A DNA stretch of 64,000 bases from Prevotellaceae bacterium UBA4372. GTDB lineage: Bacteria > Bacteroidota > Bacteroidia > Bacteroidales > Bacteroidaceae. Location of the stretch: the NCBI GenBank assembly GCA_002391275.1, contig DGSC01000003.1, forward strand, positions 23,338 through 87,337, in the 5' to 3' direction. Shown here one piece after another: positions 29,612 to 40,700 of the stretch; the first letter of the stretch is position 1, and each line of letters begins with the position of its first letter. A program made the position numbers and the translations under genes. The notes under the pieces were generated by a model, which saw only the letters and a program-made list of their open reading frames with translations, had not been told where the DNA came from and made no database searches.

Positions 29612-30102
29612 TACCAGTTGGCCACTGCGGCATTAAAGATCTGGTCGGTGATGTCTTTTGTCATCTGTGTGACCAATTCTTCTTGTACGTTGACGAGCTG
29701 TTGGGTAGCATCGTACTCGGTTGTGGCAGAGAACTGGCGTTCGAAGTCCTCCTTATGATTCTTATTATTGGTAAACCTTACGTTCACAGTCATTTTCAGC
29801 TGCACTTGCGAGCTATATCCGTCGCTGCCCACGCCTTTGTTGAACTGGTCGAAGCCTGTTATCTCTCCCGAGAGCACAAGGTCGCCTCCTCGTTTCACTT
29901 GTTGGAGCTTGGTCTGCTGAGAGAATATGTCGGTGAGTCGATTGTTGAAGATAGATTGCATCGGTGCCCATACATACGAGGAACGGATGGGGAAGGGATC
30001 GATCTGAATGGTTTTGGTCTTGGTGTAATCGATGCTTGCGCCATTGAATTTATAGCTTATGGCACAGGATGCGAGCCCAACAATCAGTATGATGGAGGCC
30101 AT
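29611..30102 (-). CDS. LptE-family LPS-assembly lipoprotein
   Basis: The ORF track extends to 30195, which overlaps the upstream gene. The likely start is MASIILIVGLASCAISYKF (lipobox) at 30102. The Bacteroidota LptE-like pattern includes ...VLSGEITGFD. Confidence 0.6.
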   Translation of the reverse strand: MASIILIVGLASCAISYKFNGASIDYTKTKTIQIDPFPIRSSYVWAPMQSIFNNRLTDIFSQQTKLQQVKRGGDLVLSGEITGFDQFNKGVGSDGYSSQVQLKMTVNVRFTNNKNHKEDFERQFSATTEYDATQQLVNVQEELVTQMTKDITDQIFNAAVANW

Positions 30103-30175
30103 AACGGACAGAAACCTGCCGGCAAGCCTGTGGATGCTGCGTGCACGTCCACGGGAGCAAAGGCAGGCGTGACAA

Positions 30176-31444
30176 TCAAATTTCTTCGAGTCCATATTCC
30201 TTGATTTTTCTGTACAACGTGCGTTCGCTTATATGCAGTTCTTCGGCTGCTTTCTTACGTCTGCCCCGGTTCTTTTCAAGGGCTTTGATGATGAGCCGTT
30301 TCTCCTGTTCGTCGATCGAGAGGGATTCTTCGATATATTCCTCGGCGTACGGGGTGGCATCGTCGCGGCTGGGTGAGAGGTGTTCGTCGGTGCTTCTTGC
30401 GGGTGCCACATGTGCATGGGTGACCATCGACACAACAGGTGCATCGGTAACGGGCACGTTCGCAGCTACTTGGACGGATGGATTTGCCGCAGAGGGAGCA
30501 GCCATGGTGGAGAGTTGCTGTTTCAGCTCGCTGACTTCATGATGAAGGGCATTGATCATCTGGAAGAGCATTTCACGCTCATTGTCGTAGGAATGGGAGT
30601 TCCCGTTGGAGTGGTTCAAGCGCACGAGGCCTCCGTTTTCTTCGATCGTAGGCCATATCTCATAGTCGGAGAGGACGGCGGGAGTGACGATACGCGAATC
30701 CTGCATGAGGATGGACATCTGCTCAGTGAGATTCTTCAGCTGGCGTATATTACCAGGCCACTTGTAGCGTTTCATCACTTCTTCCGCCTCGGGCGAGAGG
30801 GATATACGCTCGGGCATTTGGTATTTAGCTGCGATCTCCATGGCGAACTTCTTGAAGAGCAGCAGGATGTCGTCGCCTCGCTCGCGCAGAGGGGGCATCT
30901 TGATAGGGATGGTATTGAGGCGATAGAAGAGGTCTTCGCGAAACCTTCCGTCGCGTATGGCCAGTTGAATATTGACATTTGTGGCAGCCACGACACGCAC
31001 ATTGGTCTTGCGCACTTCGCTGGAGCCCACGCGAATGTATTCGCCATTCTCGAGCACACGCAGCAGTCGTGCCTGGGTGCTCATGGGCAATTCGCCTACC
31101 TCGTCGAGGAAGAGCGTTCCGCCGTCGGCGGCTCCGAAGTAGCCTTCGTGCTCACCAATTGCGCCTGTGAAGGCTCCCTTCTCGTGTCCGAAGAGTTCGC
31201 TGTCGATGGTTCCCTCGGGTATGGAGCCGCAGTTGATGGCAAAATACTTGCGCATACGTCGCAGGCTGTTGTCGTGGATGAGCCGGGGGATAATTTCCTT
31301 ACCGACGCCGCTTTCGCCGGTGATGAGCACCGACAAGTCGGTCTTTGCCACCTGCAAGGCCGTGTCAATAGCATGATTGAGGGCTTCACAGTTGCCTACG
31401 ATTCCATAGCGTTGCTTTATAGGTTGTAATTCTTTGGCATTCAT
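30176..31444 (-). CDS. Sigma-54-dependent transcriptional activator (AAA+ plus Fis-type HTH, no receiver domain)
   Basis: VLITGESGVGKE (Walker A), GHEKGAFTGA (GAFTGA), LFLDEVGEL (Walker B), and the C-terminal HTH AAEELHISERTLYRKIKEYGL. Confidence 0.9.
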   Translation of the reverse strand: MNAKELQPIKQRYGIVGNCEALNHAIDTALQVAKTDLSVLITGESGVGKEIIPRLIHDNSLRRMRKYFAINCGSIPEGTIDSELFGHEKGAFTGAIGEHEGYFGAADGGTLFLDEVGELPMSTQARLLRVLENGEYIRVGSSEVRKTNVRVVAATNVNIQLAIRDGRFREDLFYRLNTIPIKMPPLRERGDDILLLFKKFAMEIAAKYQMPERISLSPEAEEVMKRYKWPGNIRQLKNLTEQMSILMQDSRIVTPAVLSDYEIWPTIEENGGLVRLNHSNGNSHSYDNEREMLFQMINALHHEVSELKQQLSTMAAPSAANPSVQVAANVPVTDAPVVSMVTHAHVAPARSTDEHLSPSRDDATPYAEEYIEESLSIDEQEKRLIIKALEKNRGRRKKAAEELHISERTLYRKIKEYGLEEI

Positions 31445-31493
31445 AGATGTAACAAGCCTTGAAGCTTATTTCTGACAAAGGCATCGGCAAGCG

Positions 31494-32561
31494 TCAGCCT
31501 CTTTCGCTGCGGTCGCGCTTGTCGATGTAGAGTTTCTCAAGGGGATTGGCATGAGCCTCATCCCATGCCTTACGATTGCGCAGGACGTCGATGGCGACAT
31601 AGATAGCCTGACGGAACGAATTCTCGTTGGCCACGCCCTGACCTGCAATGTCGTAACCGGTGCCATGGTCGGGGCTGGTGCGTACGACGTCGAGCCCGGC
31701 TGTGAAGTTTACGCCATCTTCCATGGCTAACATCTTGAACGGAGCCAGTCCTTGGTCGTGGTACATCGCCAGCACACCATCGTAGTGTTCGTAGGCGTGG
31801 ATGCCGAAGAAACCATCGGCAGCAAAGGGGCCGTACACGGTCATCCCTTCTGCCTCGGCCTGAGCTATTGCGGGAATGATTGCCGTTTGTTCCTCGCTTC
31901 CCAGCAGGCCGTCTTCTCCGGCATGCGGGTTGAGCGCCAACACTGCAATGCGAGGGTTCGACATACCGAAGTCGCGACGTAGCGAGCTGTTGAACAGACG
32001 CAGGTGGTTGAGCACTTTCTCCTCAGTGATGGCAGCCGCCACCTGAGCCATAGGCAGGTGGGTTGTCACGAGAGCGACGCGCATCCGCTCGTTGAGCATG
32101 ATCATGAGCGCCTCCTGATTGTCGTGCCCTACGCGGTCTTGGATGTATTCCGTATGTCCGGGGAAGTGGAAAGCATCGTTCTGGATAGTATGTTTGTTAA
32201 TAGGTGCCGTCACGATAACATCCACAAGTCCTGCCTGCCAGTCCTTGACGGCGCGTTCGAGGGCTGCGTAGGCTGCAGCACCCGCCTCGGCCGACGGCTG
32301 CCCCAGCTCAACCTTCACCTCGTCGGCCGTGACGTGTATGAGGTTGAGGGCTCCGTCAATCGCATCCTGAGGCGAGCTGACGGTGTTGAAGTTGGTCGAC
32401 AGATTGAGCGTCTTGCGATGGTAGCTGGCTATCTTCGGCGAGCCGTAAACGATGGGGCAACAGAGCTCCAGCATCTCGGGGTCTGCGAAGGTCTTCAATA
32501 TAATCTCATAGCCGATGCCATTCGTATCGCCATGAGTGATTGCTATTTTAAGTTTTTCCAT
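31494..32561 (-). CDS. pdxA: 4-hydroxythreonine-4-phosphate dehydrogenase
   Basis: MEKLKIAITHGDTNGIGYEIILK, FPGHTEYI, ALNPHAGE and VRTSPDHGTGYDIAG. Confidence 0.93.
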   Translation of the reverse strand: MEKLKIAITHGDTNGIGYEIILKTFADPEMLELCCPIVYGSPKIASYHRKTLNLSTNFNTVSSPQDAIDGALNLIHVTADEVKVELGQPSAEAGAAAYAALERAVKDWQAGLVDVIVTAPINKHTIQNDAFHFPGHTEYIQDRVGHDNQEALMIMLNERMRVALVTTHLPMAQVAAAITEEKVLNHLRLFNSSLRRDFGMSNPRIAVLALNPHAGEDGLLGSEEQTAIIPAIAQAEAEGMTVYGPFAADGFFGIHAYEHYDGVLAMYHDQGLAPFKMLAMEDGVNFTAGLDVVRTSPDHGTGYDIAGQGVANENSFRQAIYVAIDVLRNRKAWDEAHANPLEKLYIDKRDRSERG

Positions 32562-32630
32562 TGTTTTTATAGTGTGGAATTAACATAATTCTTGTTGAAA
32601 AGGCTCTTGCTTCATAACCGTGTTAAAAAA

Positions 32631-32712
32631 AACTCTTAGGAGCATCGGGCAAAACCCTTAGGAGCATCGGGCAATTCTCTTAGGCGCATCGGCCGATTCT
32701 CTTAGGCGCATT
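32631..32712. repeat. Four tandem units of the 22-bp CTTAGG repeat family
   Basis: CTTAGG occurs at 32635, 32657, 32679 and 32701, an exact 22-bp phase. Units are CTTAGGAGCATCGGGCAAAACC and CTTAGGCGCATCGGCCGATTCT. They lie between the stop of DUF4837 paralog 2 (32716) and the pdxA start (32561). Confidence 0.9.
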
Positions 32713-32715
32713 TTT

Positions 32716-33831
32716 TCACCTGCCTTGCCGTGCAGCCCTACGGTCCTCGGCCGTGACGGCTACCTCCTCCATTGTGGTGACGATGGGTGAGGTCTGCTCG
32801 TCGGGAAGGTTGAGGGTGTAGAGCGATCCTTCGAGGCGGCGCATGAGGCCTCGCTTCATCTTCTCAGGCGCAAAGACAAAGCCTTCGACGACGATGACAA
32901 TGTTGCGGGTAGTGTCCACGCGTGAATGACTGACAAACGGCCCTCCCATGCCATCATTTTCCATGTACCATAGGCCACGGGCTTCGAGGGCATACTGGTT
33001 GTGGACCACGATAGGCTTGACGGTGGTGCACAGGGTGTCCGTAGCCATGTGCATAGAGGGCAAGGTGCCGGGGATATTCGCGGCCATGACGCTGTCGCGC
33101 TTGGCCAGGACATATTGCTTGTTGAAAGTCTGAGGACCTTCGTAGGGATAGCTGTACATACATATATTCACCATGCCCGAGGCTCCGTTGGAACTGGTCC
33201 AGAAGAAGTCCTTGCCTTTCTTGTAGCTCTTGATCTCGTCGGGGGCATGGAGCTCGCAGTCGAAGAGTTCCTTGGCCAGCTCAGCCGTCTTCGTGGAATA
33301 CTTGTCCTTGAGTTCCTTGACGAGGCGGTTCATCTCCATCTTCGTAAGAAAGTCGATGATGTCTTGTCCGTGGTCGAAACAGTAGTCAGCAAACTCCTCG
33401 GGAGTTGGGCTTTGAATTGTAAGCACAATCTGTCCGATGGAATATTTGTCGCGGGTGAACTTCATCGACGTCTTCGTGTATATCTGCTTGTTGATATCAA
33501 CGAGGATAATATTACGGAAGATGTTCAGTACATGGTCGAAATGTTTGGGTTCGACATGCGAGATGTGGAACGAGCGCTCGGGCTGAGGCAGGCCGGGGAT
33601 GTCGGTGTCGAGCACAGCAAAGAGTGCACGTCCCTGAGTGGCCTCCCAGTCGCGGTCGCTCATGACCACCATCACTTCGTATGGACGCCCACTGGCACGA
33701 GGCATAATGAATTCCTTCTTGCAGGAGGCAAAGAGCATGGTGAGCAGGAATAACAGCCACACCCCTCTACCCTTCCCCTGTAGAGAGGCGGGCAGAGACC
33801 TTTGTAAATGATGTATGTTCATGTGATTCAT
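32716..33831 (-). CDS. DUF4837-family lipoprotein (paralog 2)
   Basis: Lipobox LFASCKK. ASGRPYEVMVVMSDRDWEATQGRALFAVLDTDIPGLPQPERSFHISHVEP is collinear with the ORF at 12985-13992. Confidence 0.75.
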   Translation of the reverse strand: MNHMNIHHLQRSLPASLQGKGRGVWLLFLLTMLFASCKKEFIMPRASGRPYEVMVVMSDRDWEATQGRALFAVLDTDIPGLPQPERSFHISHVEPKHFDHVLNIFRNIILVDINKQIYTKTSMKFTRDKYSIGQIVLTIQSPTPEEFADYCFDHGQDIIDFLTKMEMNRLVKELKDKYSTKTAELAKELFDCELHAPDEIKSYKKGKDFFWTSSNGASGMVNICMYSYPYEGPQTFNKQYVLAKRDSVMAANIPGTLPSMHMATDTLCTTVKPIVVHNQYALEARGLWYMENDGMGGPFVSHSRVDTTRNIVIVVEGFVFAPEKMKRGLMRRLEGSLYTLNLPDEQTSPIVTTMEEVAVTAEDRRAARQGR

Positions 33832-33904
33832 TATCGTCTATGGTTTCTATGAGTATTTGATTTGACAGGGTTTCCTTTACCTGTAAAGCTGCAACTCCAC
33901 TAAC

Positions 33905-34996
33905 CTACAAGGGAGTGGCAGAAGGGGATGAATTATCCATCACTGACGTGGCAGTGGAGAGCGTCTTCTCTTTGGTATTGAGCAATCCGCACGCGGCATC
34001 GATATCCTGACCGCGAGAGGCTCGGATGGTGCAACGGATGTTGCGATGTGTAAGGTAGTCGCGGAAGGCTGCCATGCGCGTGGCGTCGGCTTCGTGAAAA
34101 CGATCTTCATCTGGCAATGCGTGCCAACGGATGAGGTTCACACGGCACTCCAAGCCTCCAAGCAGCCTCACGAGCTCGCGGGCATAACGATTGCTGTCGT
34201 TCTGTCCGCCGAAAACAATATATTCAAAAGAAAGACGACGCTGGCCGCTCCAATCATACTGGCGCAACAAGTCCACTATCTCTTCTATGGGATAGCTCCG
34301 CTCGGCAGGCATAATAGCCGCACGCTCATTAGCAAACGGATTGTGAAGACTAATGGCCAGATGGCAAGGACTCTCGTCGAGGAAACGCTTCAACCCCTTG
34401 CGCAGACCAGCCGTCGACACTGTGATCCGCCTCGGGCTCCACGCCCAACCGTAGTCTGCCATCAGATGACGCGTGGCTGAGAGAACGGCATCGAGGTTGT
34501 CTAAAGGCTCACCCTGCCCCATAAACACGATGTTCGTCAGCCGATCACGTTCGGGAAGGGAGTAAATCTGGTTGAGAATATCTGCCACGGAGAGCTGACC
34601 CTGAAAGCCTTGGCGACCGGTCATGCAGAACTGGCAAGCCATCTTGCAGCCTACCTGACAGCTGACGCATACCGTGCCGCGGTCGTCATCGGGAATAAAG
34701 ACAGTCTCTACGGTGTGCCCATCGCGCGTCGGGAAGAGATATTTGGCTGTGCCATCGGTGCTGTGTTGCTCGGCAATCGGAGCTGTCAGACCAATAGTAT
34801 ACTGCTCCGACAGACGTTCACGGGCAACTTTGCTCAAGTTGGTCATCTCTTCGAACGTAGACACACCCTTCTGATAGAGCCATTGAAGCAACTGCTTAGC
34901 CGTGAAGGCTGGCAGGCCCATGTCTGCCACTATAGTCTTCAACTCATCAGGTTGCATGCCCATCAAAGCGGGTTTCATCGGTTCAGAATGTATCAT
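33905..34996 (-). CDS. rlmN: 23S rRNA (adenine2503-C2)-methyltransferase, radical SAM
   Basis: TVCVSCQVGCKMACQFCMTGRQGF (CxxxCxxC), FMGQGEPLDN, and DIDAACGLL at the C-terminus. Confidence 0.93.
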   Translation of the reverse strand: MIHSEPMKPALMGMQPDELKTIVADMGLPAFTAKQLLQWLYQKGVSTFEEMTNLSKVARERLSEQYTIGLTAPIAEQHSTDGTAKYLFPTRDGHTVETVFIPDDDRGTVCVSCQVGCKMACQFCMTGRQGFQGQLSVADILNQIYSLPERDRLTNIVFMGQGEPLDNLDAVLSATRHLMADYGWAWSPRRITVSTAGLRKGLKRFLDESPCHLAISLHNPFANERAAIMPAERSYPIEEIVDLLRQYDWSGQRRLSFEYIVFGGQNDSNRYARELVRLLGGLECRVNLIRWHALPDEDRFHEADATRMAAFRDYLTHRNIRCTIRASRGQDIDAACGLLNTKEKTLSTATSVMDNSSPSATPL

Positions 34997-35163
34997 CTCG
35001 TATCTTTTTACGTGTCCTTACACACGCGCGTACATTATTAAATAAAAATAAGCGGCGCAGCGGACACCAGCATAAACACTGGCAACCACTGCGCCGCAAA
35101 TTTACGCAAAGCCGCGTGAACGACAAAGCTTTTAATGTTTTTTATGCCAAAATGGCAGTATTT

Positions 35164-35904
35164 TTAATCCCTACCACGTCCGAAAAGGCGTAGGATATAA
35201 AGAAACAGATTAATAAAGTCGAGATATAGCGACAGCGAACCGAGAATGGATACACGACGAATTGCTGTTGCATCGCCAGACTCAAGGACAGCAGCACTCA
35301 TTGACTTTATCCGCTGCGTATCGTAAGCCGTCAGACCCACGAAGATAAAAACGCCACAATAGGTTATGATAGTGTCTACGATTGAGTTGGACCAGAAGAT
35401 GTTGATTACAGAAGCAATCACCAATCCGATCAAGGCCATAAACAAAATGCCACCGAGGCTGCTCAAGTCATGCTTTGTTGTAGCGCCGAAAATGCTCATG
35501 GCTCCAAAGGTGAGCGCCGATGCTGCAAATGCCTGATAAATTGTTCCTAAAGAATAGGAAAAGAAGATGCTTGCCATTGTCAAGCCGTTCAGCACTGAAT
35601 AGAAGATAAAGAGGAGCGCAGCCGTCTTTGTCGAGATTCGGTTGATGCCCCAGGACAATCCCATCACCAAGGCTACTTCTCCAATACAAAGGAATAGGAT
35701 GGAAAGGCGGTTGCCAAAAATCATGGAAAGCACTTCCGGCGACTTGGCCACGTAAGAGGCTGTGATGGCTGTAATGAACAGAGCCAAGGTCATCCAGCCA
35801 TAGACTCGCGTCATCACACGCGAAAAGGCAATCTTCTGAACAGGCTCGACCCGCACGTTCTCACGGCGGTCGTAGTTGTCGTGAATTTCAATGTAGTCGT
35901 TCAT
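35164..35904 (-). CDS. Bax inhibitor-1/YccA-family membrane protein
   Basis: 246 aa with seven TM helices. RVMTRVYGWMTLALFITAITA..., and C-terminus LYLDFINLFLYILRLF. Confidence 0.85.
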   Translation of the reverse strand: MNDYIEIHDNYDRRENVRVEPVQKIAFSRVMTRVYGWMTLALFITAITASYVAKSPEVLSMIFGNRLSILFLCIGEVALVMGLSWGINRISTKTAALLFIFYSVLNGLTMASIFFSYSLGTIYQAFAASALTFGAMSIFGATTKHDLSSLGGILFMALIGLVIASVINIFWSNSIVDTIITYCGVFIFVGLTAYDTQRIKSMSAAVLESGDATAIRRVSILGSLSLYLDFINLFLYILRLFGRGRD

Positions 35905-36011
35905 TGTCTTTATGTTTGATTAATAATGTGGGCGCGAACAACCGCGCCCACTAATTCACCAAGCAAGGTGTATGCCAAAGGGTTGCACTATGGCAACATG
36001 AGAGCTATCTT

Positions 36012-37598
36012 TTAACGTTTTTTGGGATGAATCTTCTTGGTCTTCTTTATTTTGTCCTTATCATATTTCTCCCAAAGCTTTTTCTTTACGCACAGGGCTT
36101 TCTGCGCTTCTGTACTCTTAATGGCTGCTGCCTCGGCTGCTGCTTCAGCTTCAGGCTTGGCCCAAGCGAACTGGAAGCCTTGCACCTTGTTCCATCCGCC
36201 ACGGGTGAAATCGGGGAAAGCTACGCTGGCGCAGTTGTTGTCCATAGAGAGGGCACCAAGCTCAGCCAGGCAGCACCACTCGGCAAGGTCATAGACGTCC
36301 ATGTCGAGGGGCAGTCCGTTCTGGAGGCAATAGACGAGACGGGCATCCATGAAGAAGTCCATACCGCCATGACCGCCTACCTTCTGTGCCATCTCACCAT
36401 ATTTCTTAATGATGGGGTGAGTGTACTTTTCAACAAGGGCATTCTGCTCTGCTGCGGGCAGGAAACCGTGGCTGCTGAGATCATCAACCTTCGGAGCCAC
36501 ACCGCTGGCCGTGAGCTGACTCTTGTCGAGAGCATAGTGTTGTTCGGGATACTTGGTGGCATAGCCCTTGGTGCCTGTGAGCTTATACAGGCGGTTGTAG
36601 GGCTGCGGGTTCATGACGTTGTGCTGAATCTCTACGACCTTGCCTTCGGCGGTACGCATGAGAGTGGTTGTCTGGTCGCCATTACGGAAATTATTGGGAC
36701 GTGTGCCGGTCTTAGCCTCTACATAGTCGGGACCGTGAACTGCTTTGGTATCCATGGCCACAAGAGTCGTAAAGCGATCGCCACGGTGAATGTTCATAGC
36801 GAGTGCCACAGGGCCAAGTCCGTGAGTAGCATAGACGTCGCCACGGTTTTCCATATTGTACTTCATGCGCCATCCAAGCTTTGCCTGTGCGGGGTCGGCA
36901 GGATTCTTCCAGTAGTAATCCCAGAAGTCGTCGAGGTTGTGGATGTAAGCACCTTCACCACGAAGCACTTCACCGAACACACCGTTCTGAGCCATGTTTA
37001 GGGTGTTGAGCTCATACCAGTCGTAGCAGCAGTTCTCGAGTATCATGCAGTGCTTGCGTGTGCGCTCACTCAGTTCAATGAGCTCCCAGCACTGTGCCAG
37101 GTTCATGGCGGAGGGCACCTCGATAGCGGTATGCTTTCCGTTCTCAAGGGCACACTTGGCAACAGGGAAGTGATGATCCCAATCGGTGGCAACATAAACG
37201 ATGTCTATGTCGGGGCGTTTGCAGAGCTCCTCGTAGCCCTTCTCACCACTGTAAATGGCAGCAGGGGGCAGACCGGCATCGCGAAGATACTTCTGACAAC
37301 CTTCAGCGCGTGCTTCCTCGTAGTCGCAGAGGGCTACAATCTGAACGCCAGGGATGAAAGTCCAACGGGCAACGGCACCAGGACCACGCATACCCAGACC
37401 TACGAAGCCTACACGAACGGTCTCAAGTTTCGGAGCAGTGAGCCCGATGACGTCGTTCTGACCGGCTGGACGCTGTGGTGTATTAATAACAATAGTACCT
37501 TTCTCCCAGTGCCAATCTTTGTCTGTTACTGAAAGAGACTGTGCACTTCCTGCCAAAGAGCAGAAGGCTACAGCTACAAACATTAAAAGTTTTTTCAT
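36012..37598 (-). CDS. Gfo/Idh/MocA-type NAD-dependent glycosidase, GH109-like (alpha-N-acetylgalactosaminidase family)
   Basis: Signal peptide MKKLLMFVAVAFCSLAGSAQS. Rossmann motif VGFVGLGMRGPG. HCMILENCCYDWYELNTLNMAQNGVFGEV. Unusual Lys-rich C-terminal tail KKKLWEKYDKDKIKKTKKIHPKKR. Confidence 0.75.
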   Translation of the reverse strand: MKKLLMFVAVAFCSLAGSAQSLSVTDKDWHWEKGTIVINTPQRPAGQNDVIGLTAPKLETVRVGFVGLGMRGPGAVARWTFIPGVQIVALCDYEEARAEGCQKYLRDAGLPPAAIYSGEKGYEELCKRPDIDIVYVATDWDHHFPVAKCALENGKHTAIEVPSAMNLAQCWELIELSERTRKHCMILENCCYDWYELNTLNMAQNGVFGEVLRGEGAYIHNLDDFWDYYWKNPADPAQAKLGWRMKYNMENRGDVYATHGLGPVALAMNIHRGDRFTTLVAMDTKAVHGPDYVEAKTGTRPNNFRNGDQTTTLMRTAEGKVVEIQHNVMNPQPYNRLYKLTGTKGYATKYPEQHYALDKSQLTASGVAPKVDDLSSHGFLPAAEQNALVEKYTHPIIKKYGEMAQKVGGHGGMDFFMDARLVYCLQNGLPLDMDVYDLAEWCCLAELGALSMDNNCASVAFPDFTRGGWNKVQGFQFAWAKPEAEAAAEAAAIKSTEAQKALCVKKKLWEKYDKDKIKKTKKIHPKKR

Positions 37599-37710
37599 GA
37601 GTGAATGATTAGTTAGTTTGAAAAAGATTATTTATTTTGCTGCAAAGATAGTATGAAAAGATGAATTTTAATTATCTTTGTGGCAAATTTTTGAAAAAAA
37701 AGTGATTCAC

Positions 37711-40700
37711 ATGCAAAGAATAAGTTGTTTTTTACCTTTCTCCGAACTGCAAGAAGGGAAACAGACGATAGAGGCTCTGAGCCAGGATGAGAACGTAGCC
37801 GACATACACCTTATTGACAATCCGTTTCAGTCGAGAGTATTAAGGCAGGTTGCCCTTGACGCTACATCACCATACATTTTATTATATACTAAAAGGTTTG
37901 AATTGCAATTAGGCTACCATGCACTGACTCGCCTCCTTACGGTTGCAGAGGACACGGGAGCATCTATGGTCTATGCCGACCACCGCATACAACTTCCGTC
38001 TGGGGAAATTCAGCCCCGTCCCCTTATCGACTACCAACTTGGGAGCGTTCGCGATGACTTTGATTTCGGCTCAGTTTTATTACTGAGGACAAGCGATGTA
38101 CGAGAATATTTCGCTCAGGAGCATTTACGAGAGTACCAATACGCTGGGCTTTACGATTTGCGGCTGTTCTTGTCACGAAAGATGTTGCCGCTACACGTGA
38201 GCGAATCTCTGTATACTGAAGTGGAGACAGACACCCGTCTCTCTGGACAAAAACAATTCGATTATGTCGATCCTCGCAACAGAGCAAGGCAAATTGAAAT
38301 GGAACGTGCATGCACGCGACACCTGAAGGCCATCGGAGCTTTGCTGGCACCTGACGAGTTCGACGAAATAAAGTTCGACATCGAGGACTTCCCTGTAGAA
38401 GCGACGGTAGTCATTCCCGTGCGCAATCGTGTGCGGACCATTGAGGATGCCATTCGCAGCGTGCTGAAACAGAAGACGACGTTCCCGTTCAACCTCATTA
38501 TAGTGGATAACCACAGCGACGACGGAACGTCGGCTGTCATAGACAGCATAAAGGACGATGGACAATTAATCCATTTAGTGCCCGACCGCGACGACCTTGG
38601 CATCGGCGGCTGCTGGAACTTGGCTGTGCACCATCCGCAGTGCGGACGGTTCGTTGTGCAGCTCGATTCTGACGACCTCTACAGCGGCGAAGACACCTTG
38701 CAGCGCATCGTCGATGCCTTCCGCGAGCAGCGGGCGGCGATGGTCATCGGCTCGTACCGCATGACTAACTTCCAGCTCGAGACACTTCCTCCAGGGCTCA
38801 TCGATCACCGCGAGTGGACGCCACAGAACGGCCGCAACAACGCTCTGCGCATCAATGGTTTGGGCGCTCCGAGAGCCTTCTACACTCCCGTTCTACGTAA
38901 GATACAGATTCCTAACACCAGCTATGGCGAGGACTATGCCTTAGGTCTCATGATTGGGCGTCGCTACCGCATTGGTCGCATCTTCGACGAGCTTTACCTC
39001 TGTCGCCGTTGGGAAGGTAATAGCGATGCAGCACTCTCTACGGAGAAGGTCAATAAGAATAACCTTTACAAAGATCAGTTGCGTACAACAGAGATTCTTG
39101 CCCGACAAGCATTGAACCGGAAATGGCGTCGCGAAGTAACAGAAAGCGAGGTAGAACAGTTCTTCGAACAAGAACTTGAAGAATGGCCAACAGCACGAAA
39201 GCGCTATGACGATTTGAAAGCTCAGGTGCAACAACGTGTTCTTGTGCTCAATTCACCCAATGAAGCGCCTGGCGAGAGCTCATCTTCAACAACGACGACA
39301 TCCGATGTCACACTGACAGCACAATGGAATCCATCACGCATAGTTTCCACGGGGGCTAAGATTGATAAGGCCAGCATCGAGGCGCGGCCATGCTTTCTTT
39401 GCGACGAAAACCGGCCTAAAGAGCAACACGCTCTCATGATCGAGCACCACTATCAAGTGTTGGTAAACCCCTACCCTATCCTGCCGCAACATTTCACCAT
39501 CCCTACACGGAGGCATAAACCGCAAAGCATCTGGGAACACTTTGGCACCATGCGCCATCTGGCTTGGACTATGCCCAACCATATCATATTCTATAACGGA
39601 CCGCAATGTGGCGCATCATGCCCCGACCACATGCATCTGCAGGCTGGGTCAAGAGGCTTGGTGCCGATAGAGAGGGACTGGGAGCTCTTCGAGAATCAGC
39701 TTGAAAAGTTATATCCTCTCACTGGAAGCGAAACCCAAGAGATGATGGATGCCGGCAACGTCAGCCAACGTTGCGGACTTTTTCTGCTGAAGAATTACGT
39801 TTGCCCGGTGTTTGTGATTCGCTCGCTACCAGAAGAAACCGACAGCATCTTGTGTCAGCGCCTTTACCGTGCGTTACCCATACTCGAGGGAGAAAACGAG
39901 CCTCGCATGAATGTCATCTGTTGGCGACAAGCTGGCGACGAGAGCAGGTCTGACGAAATAGTAACCCTCATCTTTCCGCGTAAGAAGCATCGTCCTGATT
40001 GCTACCAGACTTCACTTCTTGTGTCGCCTGGCGCGCTCGACATGGGCGGCCTCATTATCACTCCTCGAGAGGAAGATTTCCTAAAACTGACACCTGAATG
40101 GGCTGCCGATGTTTTGCGGGAAGTAACGATGACCGAGGAAGAACTGAAAGAAGTCATTGAAAAAGTCACGGATAAACCAACTCCTAACACGCCAACTGAT
40201 GATACAGCCATAGAGGGCGCTGCCACATCCGACATGCATTCACAATCAAGCTCCCAGCTCCATTCCACCTCTTTTCAAGACGGCAAGTTGACCGGGTTGA
40301 GCTCAGCCCTCTCCGTCGGGCTCCTTTCAGCGCAACGTATTCGTTTCTCACTCAACGGGAAATACACAGCCAAGGGCAGCACCTTGGATGGAGAGCAAGA
40401 GGTAGTGTATAACGACGGTGGACTGTTGTGGAACGGACAGATATATCGCCAATTAACCTTTACGCCTACGAGTGATTCGGCCAGCTTCACCATGGAGGAC
40501 GTAGTGATTGGCAAAGACTTTCATTGGGAGCGGCAAGAAGCACAAACTTTCAAAGGTGCCTTGCGTTTAGTAGTCGACGAGGACAATATCGTATGCATCA
40601 ATGACATTGACATTGAGAGCTACCTTGAAAGCGTAATCAGCAGCGAAATGAGTGCCAATTGCTCCTCTGAGTTCCTGAAGGCCTCAGCCGTTATCAGCAG

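Noticed and set aside
30380-31429. 349-aa plus-strand ORF
   Set aside because: It is antisense to the sigma-54 activator gene, which carries unambiguous Walker A, GAFTGA and HTH motifs.
36027-37001. 324-aa plus-strand ORF
   Set aside because: It is antisense to the GH109-like gene and has no motifs.
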